Shown in pieces: positions 26,618 to 29,017 of a DNA stretch of 29,017 nucleotides. Numbering within the stretch: the first letter of the stretch is position 1; the number at the start of each line of letters is the position of its first letter. Source of the stretch: an uncultured Bacilli bacterium (lineage in GTDB: Bacteria > Bacillota_I > Bacilli_A > RF39 > UBA660). The notes beneath the pieces were generated by a model. It saw only the letters and a program-made list of their open reading frames with translations. It searched no databases and was not told the DNA's origin. The DNA is taken from the NCBI GenBank assembly GCA_947587565.1, contig CANPYA010000001.1, forward strand, positions 1-29,017. The letters are read 5' to 3'. Both the position numbers and the translations under genes were made by a program.

Positions 26618-28903
26618 ATGTTGAGAAAAAATAAAAATATACTAATATATTTAAGTATAGGAATAGTACTAATAGTTAGTATGTTTTTTGTGTTTAACAA
26701 AAAGGAAGAATATAAAGAATTACCGAGAGTAAAATTAAAAGATAGTATAAATACTAGTGGACTTGCTATAATGGTAGAAAGTGATTATAAAGCCGAAAAA
26801 TATACCCAATGGGAAAATAAAGAATTTCCAACGGATGGCTATACCTTAAATAGAATTAAAAGTGGATGTGTCGATAAGAATGGTAATAATATAGATGCTT
26901 TAACTTATAATGAAAGTGATAAAACAATAAGTATAAAAACTAAACAAAGCGTTTATTGTTATCTTTATTATGATAGTTTATTTAAAGGACAAGGAACAGA
27001 ACAAGAGCCATATGAAATAAATTATATTGAAGATTTGGTTAGACTTTCTAATTCAGTAAATAAAGACAAAAATAATTATAATAGTAAATATTTCATATTG
27101 AAAAGAAATTTAGATTTTAATGAAAATGACAGTTATATGAAATATAATGATACTGGTTTTGGTGATATTAATGGAGTAAATAATATTGAAGGAATAAAAG
27201 ATGAACTAACTAATCAAGAAGGAAGTGGCTTTACATCAATTGGCAATTTAACTATTCATTTTCAAGGTAACATTGATGGTAACAATAAAAGATTAGATAA
27301 TATTTATGAAGAAAATAAGAATGATTCAACTAGATATTTAGGTTTATTTGGAACAGTTGAAAATAGTAAAATAACAAATTTGACAATAAGTGGTAATTTA
27401 GATTCCTTAGTAGCAACAAGAATTGGTGGGTTAATCGGTTTTTCATATGGTACTACAACAATTGAAAGTTGTGTTAATGAAGTAAATGCTAATAGTGCAT
27501 TTGGTACTAATAGTGTTGGGGGCTTAGTAGGAGATGGCGAAAATAATTTAACGATAAAAAATAGTGTCAATAAAGGTCAATTGTCTGGTGGAAATAATAC
27601 GGGAGGATTAGTTGGTTATATTGGTAGTAGTGCATTATTAACAATAGAAGATAGTCATAACGAGGGATTAATAACCAATGAAGTTGGAAAAAGAGTTGGA
27701 GGATTATTAGGAAGAGATAATGCTGAAACATCTAAAACAATTATAAAGAATTCTTATAATGCTGGAGATATTACTAATTCAAATTTATATGAAGGTGGAT
27801 TAGTTGGCTTTATTTATGGAACCATAGAAATAGAAAATAGTCATAATGAAGGAGTAATAAGTAATACTTTAGGAACAAATATAGGTGGTTTAATAGGTCG
27901 TGGTTATGATACTTCAAATATAACTATAAAGAATTCTTATAATAATAATGACATAGTTATTTCTCCTAATTCTGAAAATCGATTTTGGCTTGGTGGTTTA
28001 ATAGCTATGGCGTTGGGAAAAATAAATATAAACAATTCATATAATACAGGAAATATTATAAATGAAAAAACGAAATATTTAACTAGGCATGTTTTAATCA
28101 TAGGAGGTTTAATTGGAAATTTAGATTCTTATGATAATTCAATATCATATATTAACAATTCATATAATATTGGAAATATAACTAATGGCGATTTAATGGG
28201 TGGCTTAGTAGCATATAATCATAATAATCACACATTAATTATAGATAGGTCCTATAATACAGGAAATATTACAAGTAATTTAGATTATACAGAAATATCA
28301 AATGACACAGGAACTGTACTATCTGGTATAATAGGTATAAATCAATCATATTCTACGGGTATAATATTAAATAGTTATAATACAGGAATGCTAGATACTA
28401 GTAATTTAAAGCAAACAAATATTGATAATAATAATATAAGAAGAGCTGCTGGTATTACCACTGATAATAGAGGAGGAAATAGTTTAGTTATAAATTCTTA
28501 TAATTTAGGAAAGGTAGAGAATCAAGGAATTTCAGCAGGCATTTATATTGGAGAATTAACTGGTGATTTTGGAGGATATTTAAAAGAATATAATATTTAT
28601 AATGTTGGTAATATTACTGGAATCAGTAAATATGTTTTAAATTATGTAAATCATGATTATACTATTAATAATGCCTATTATTTAAATAATATTGATGGAA
28701 ACATTATGGAAGAGACAACATCGATGTCCGAAGATGATATGAAAAATACAATATTTCTTAATACTTTAAATCAAAATGTAGATGAACTTAATAATGTAGG
28801 ACTTGAAACAACTGATGAAAATTTAAAAGGTTATGAATTAAATAAATGGAAACAGGGTGATAATGGATATCCAACTTTGGATTATAATTTAGAAACTGAA
28901 TAG
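26618..28903 (+). CDS. Large surface-exposed GLUG-motif/beta-helix repeat protein with N-terminal membrane anchor
   Basis: N-terminal TM; FKGQGTEQEPYEI and FQGNIDGNNKRL motifs typical of GLUG-type proteins; ~12 repeats of GGL(I/V)G...NSYNxGxI; ends W..G.NGYPTL. Confidence 0.8.
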   Translation: MLRKNKNILIYLSIGIVLIVSMFFVFNKKEEYKELPRVKLKDSINTSGLAIMVESDYKAEKYTQWENKEFPTDGYTLNRIKSGCVDKNGNNIDALTYNESDKTISIKTKQSVYCYLYYDSLFKGQGTEQEPYEINYIEDLVRLSNSVNKDKNNYNSKYFILKRNLDFNENDSYMKYNDTGFGDINGVNNIEGIKDELTNQEGSGFTSIGNLTIHFQGNIDGNNKRLDNIYEENKNDSTRYLGLFGTVENSKITNLTISGNLDSLVATRIGGLIGFSYGTTTIESCVNEVNANSAFGTNSVGGLVGDGENNLTIKNSVNKGQLSGGNNTGGLVGYIGSSALLTIEDSHNEGLITNEVGKRVGGLLGRDNAETSKTIIKNSYNAGDITNSNLYEGGLVGFIYGTIEIENSHNEGVISNTLGTNIGGLIGRGYDTSNITIKNSYNNNDIVISPNSENRFWLGGLIAMALGKININNSYNTGNIINEKTKYLTRHVLIIGGLIGNLDSYDNSISYINNSYNIGNITNGDLMGGLVAYNHNNHTLIIDRSYNTGNITSNLDYTEISNDTGTVLSGIIGINQSYSTGIILNSYNTGMLDTSNLKQTNIDNNNIRRAAGITTDNRGGNSLVINSYNLGKVENQGISAGIYIGELTGDFGGYLKEYNIYNVGNITGISKYVLNYVNHDYTINNAYYLNNIDGNIMEETTSMSEDDMKNTIFLNTLNQNVDELNNVGLETTDENLKGYELNKWKQGDNGYPTLDYNLETE

Positions 28904-28993
28904 TATTAATTTGCTATTCTTTTTTTAACCAAATGCATATTATATTAATAATTGCAATAGATTTTTAATAGAAAATTATTTTTTGACGCAAAT

Positions 28994-29017
28994 TTGACAG
29001 AAATCACAAAATTTGCT
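28994..29017 (+). promoter_or_regulatory. Probable promoter cut by the window edge
   Basis: TTGACA (28994-28999), 17 nt ending TGC, then T at 29017 where a -10 would begin. Confidence 0.4.

Noticed and set aside
24040-27570. Minus-strand ORFs 24040..24267, 24639..24836, 27304..27570
   Set aside because: Antisense shadows of longer, better supported plus-strand genes.
27400-28620. Repeats in the GLUG gene as a diversity-generating retroelement template or tandem DNA repeat
   Set aside because: Repeats are degenerate protein-level beta-helix units; no near-identical TR/VR pair and no reverse transcriptase in the window.

Overview
Very AT-rich chromosomal window from a low-GC Bacillota (Bacilli-like) bacterium using genetic code 11 (TGA terminates the 9016..9732 gene). 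Gene order is a streamlined version of the Bacillus origin-proximal region: gyrB(3' part)-gyrA, a ~850 bp extremely AT-rich spacer, SRP RNA-tadA-dnaX-ybaB-recR-bofA-holB-yaaT-yabB-pth-mfd, an inverted dinD, spoVT, a Met T-box leader over HAD hydrolase-dut-metG-tatD, a 3D-domain gene, rsmA, an inverted dinJ/yafQ toxin-antitoxin pair with a frameshifted toxin, a type IV prepilin-rnr-smpB block, a membrane protein, cdaA-cdaR and a large GLUG-repeat surface protein. The lineage resembles reduced gut Bacilli such as RF39, but that is inference only. Main non-coding signals: (1) two perfect parS sites interleaved with three Noc-binding-site (NBS) palindromes in the gyrA-ffs spacer; (2) a G8 tract inside the -35/-10 spacer of the surface-protein promoter (candidate phase variation); (3) a Met-specifier T-box with a non-canonical expression platform separated from metG by two nucleotide-metabolism genes; (4) a minimal ~71-nt SRP RNA. 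No CRISPR array, tRNA, rRNA or transposase was seen. All motif and structure calls were made by eye.
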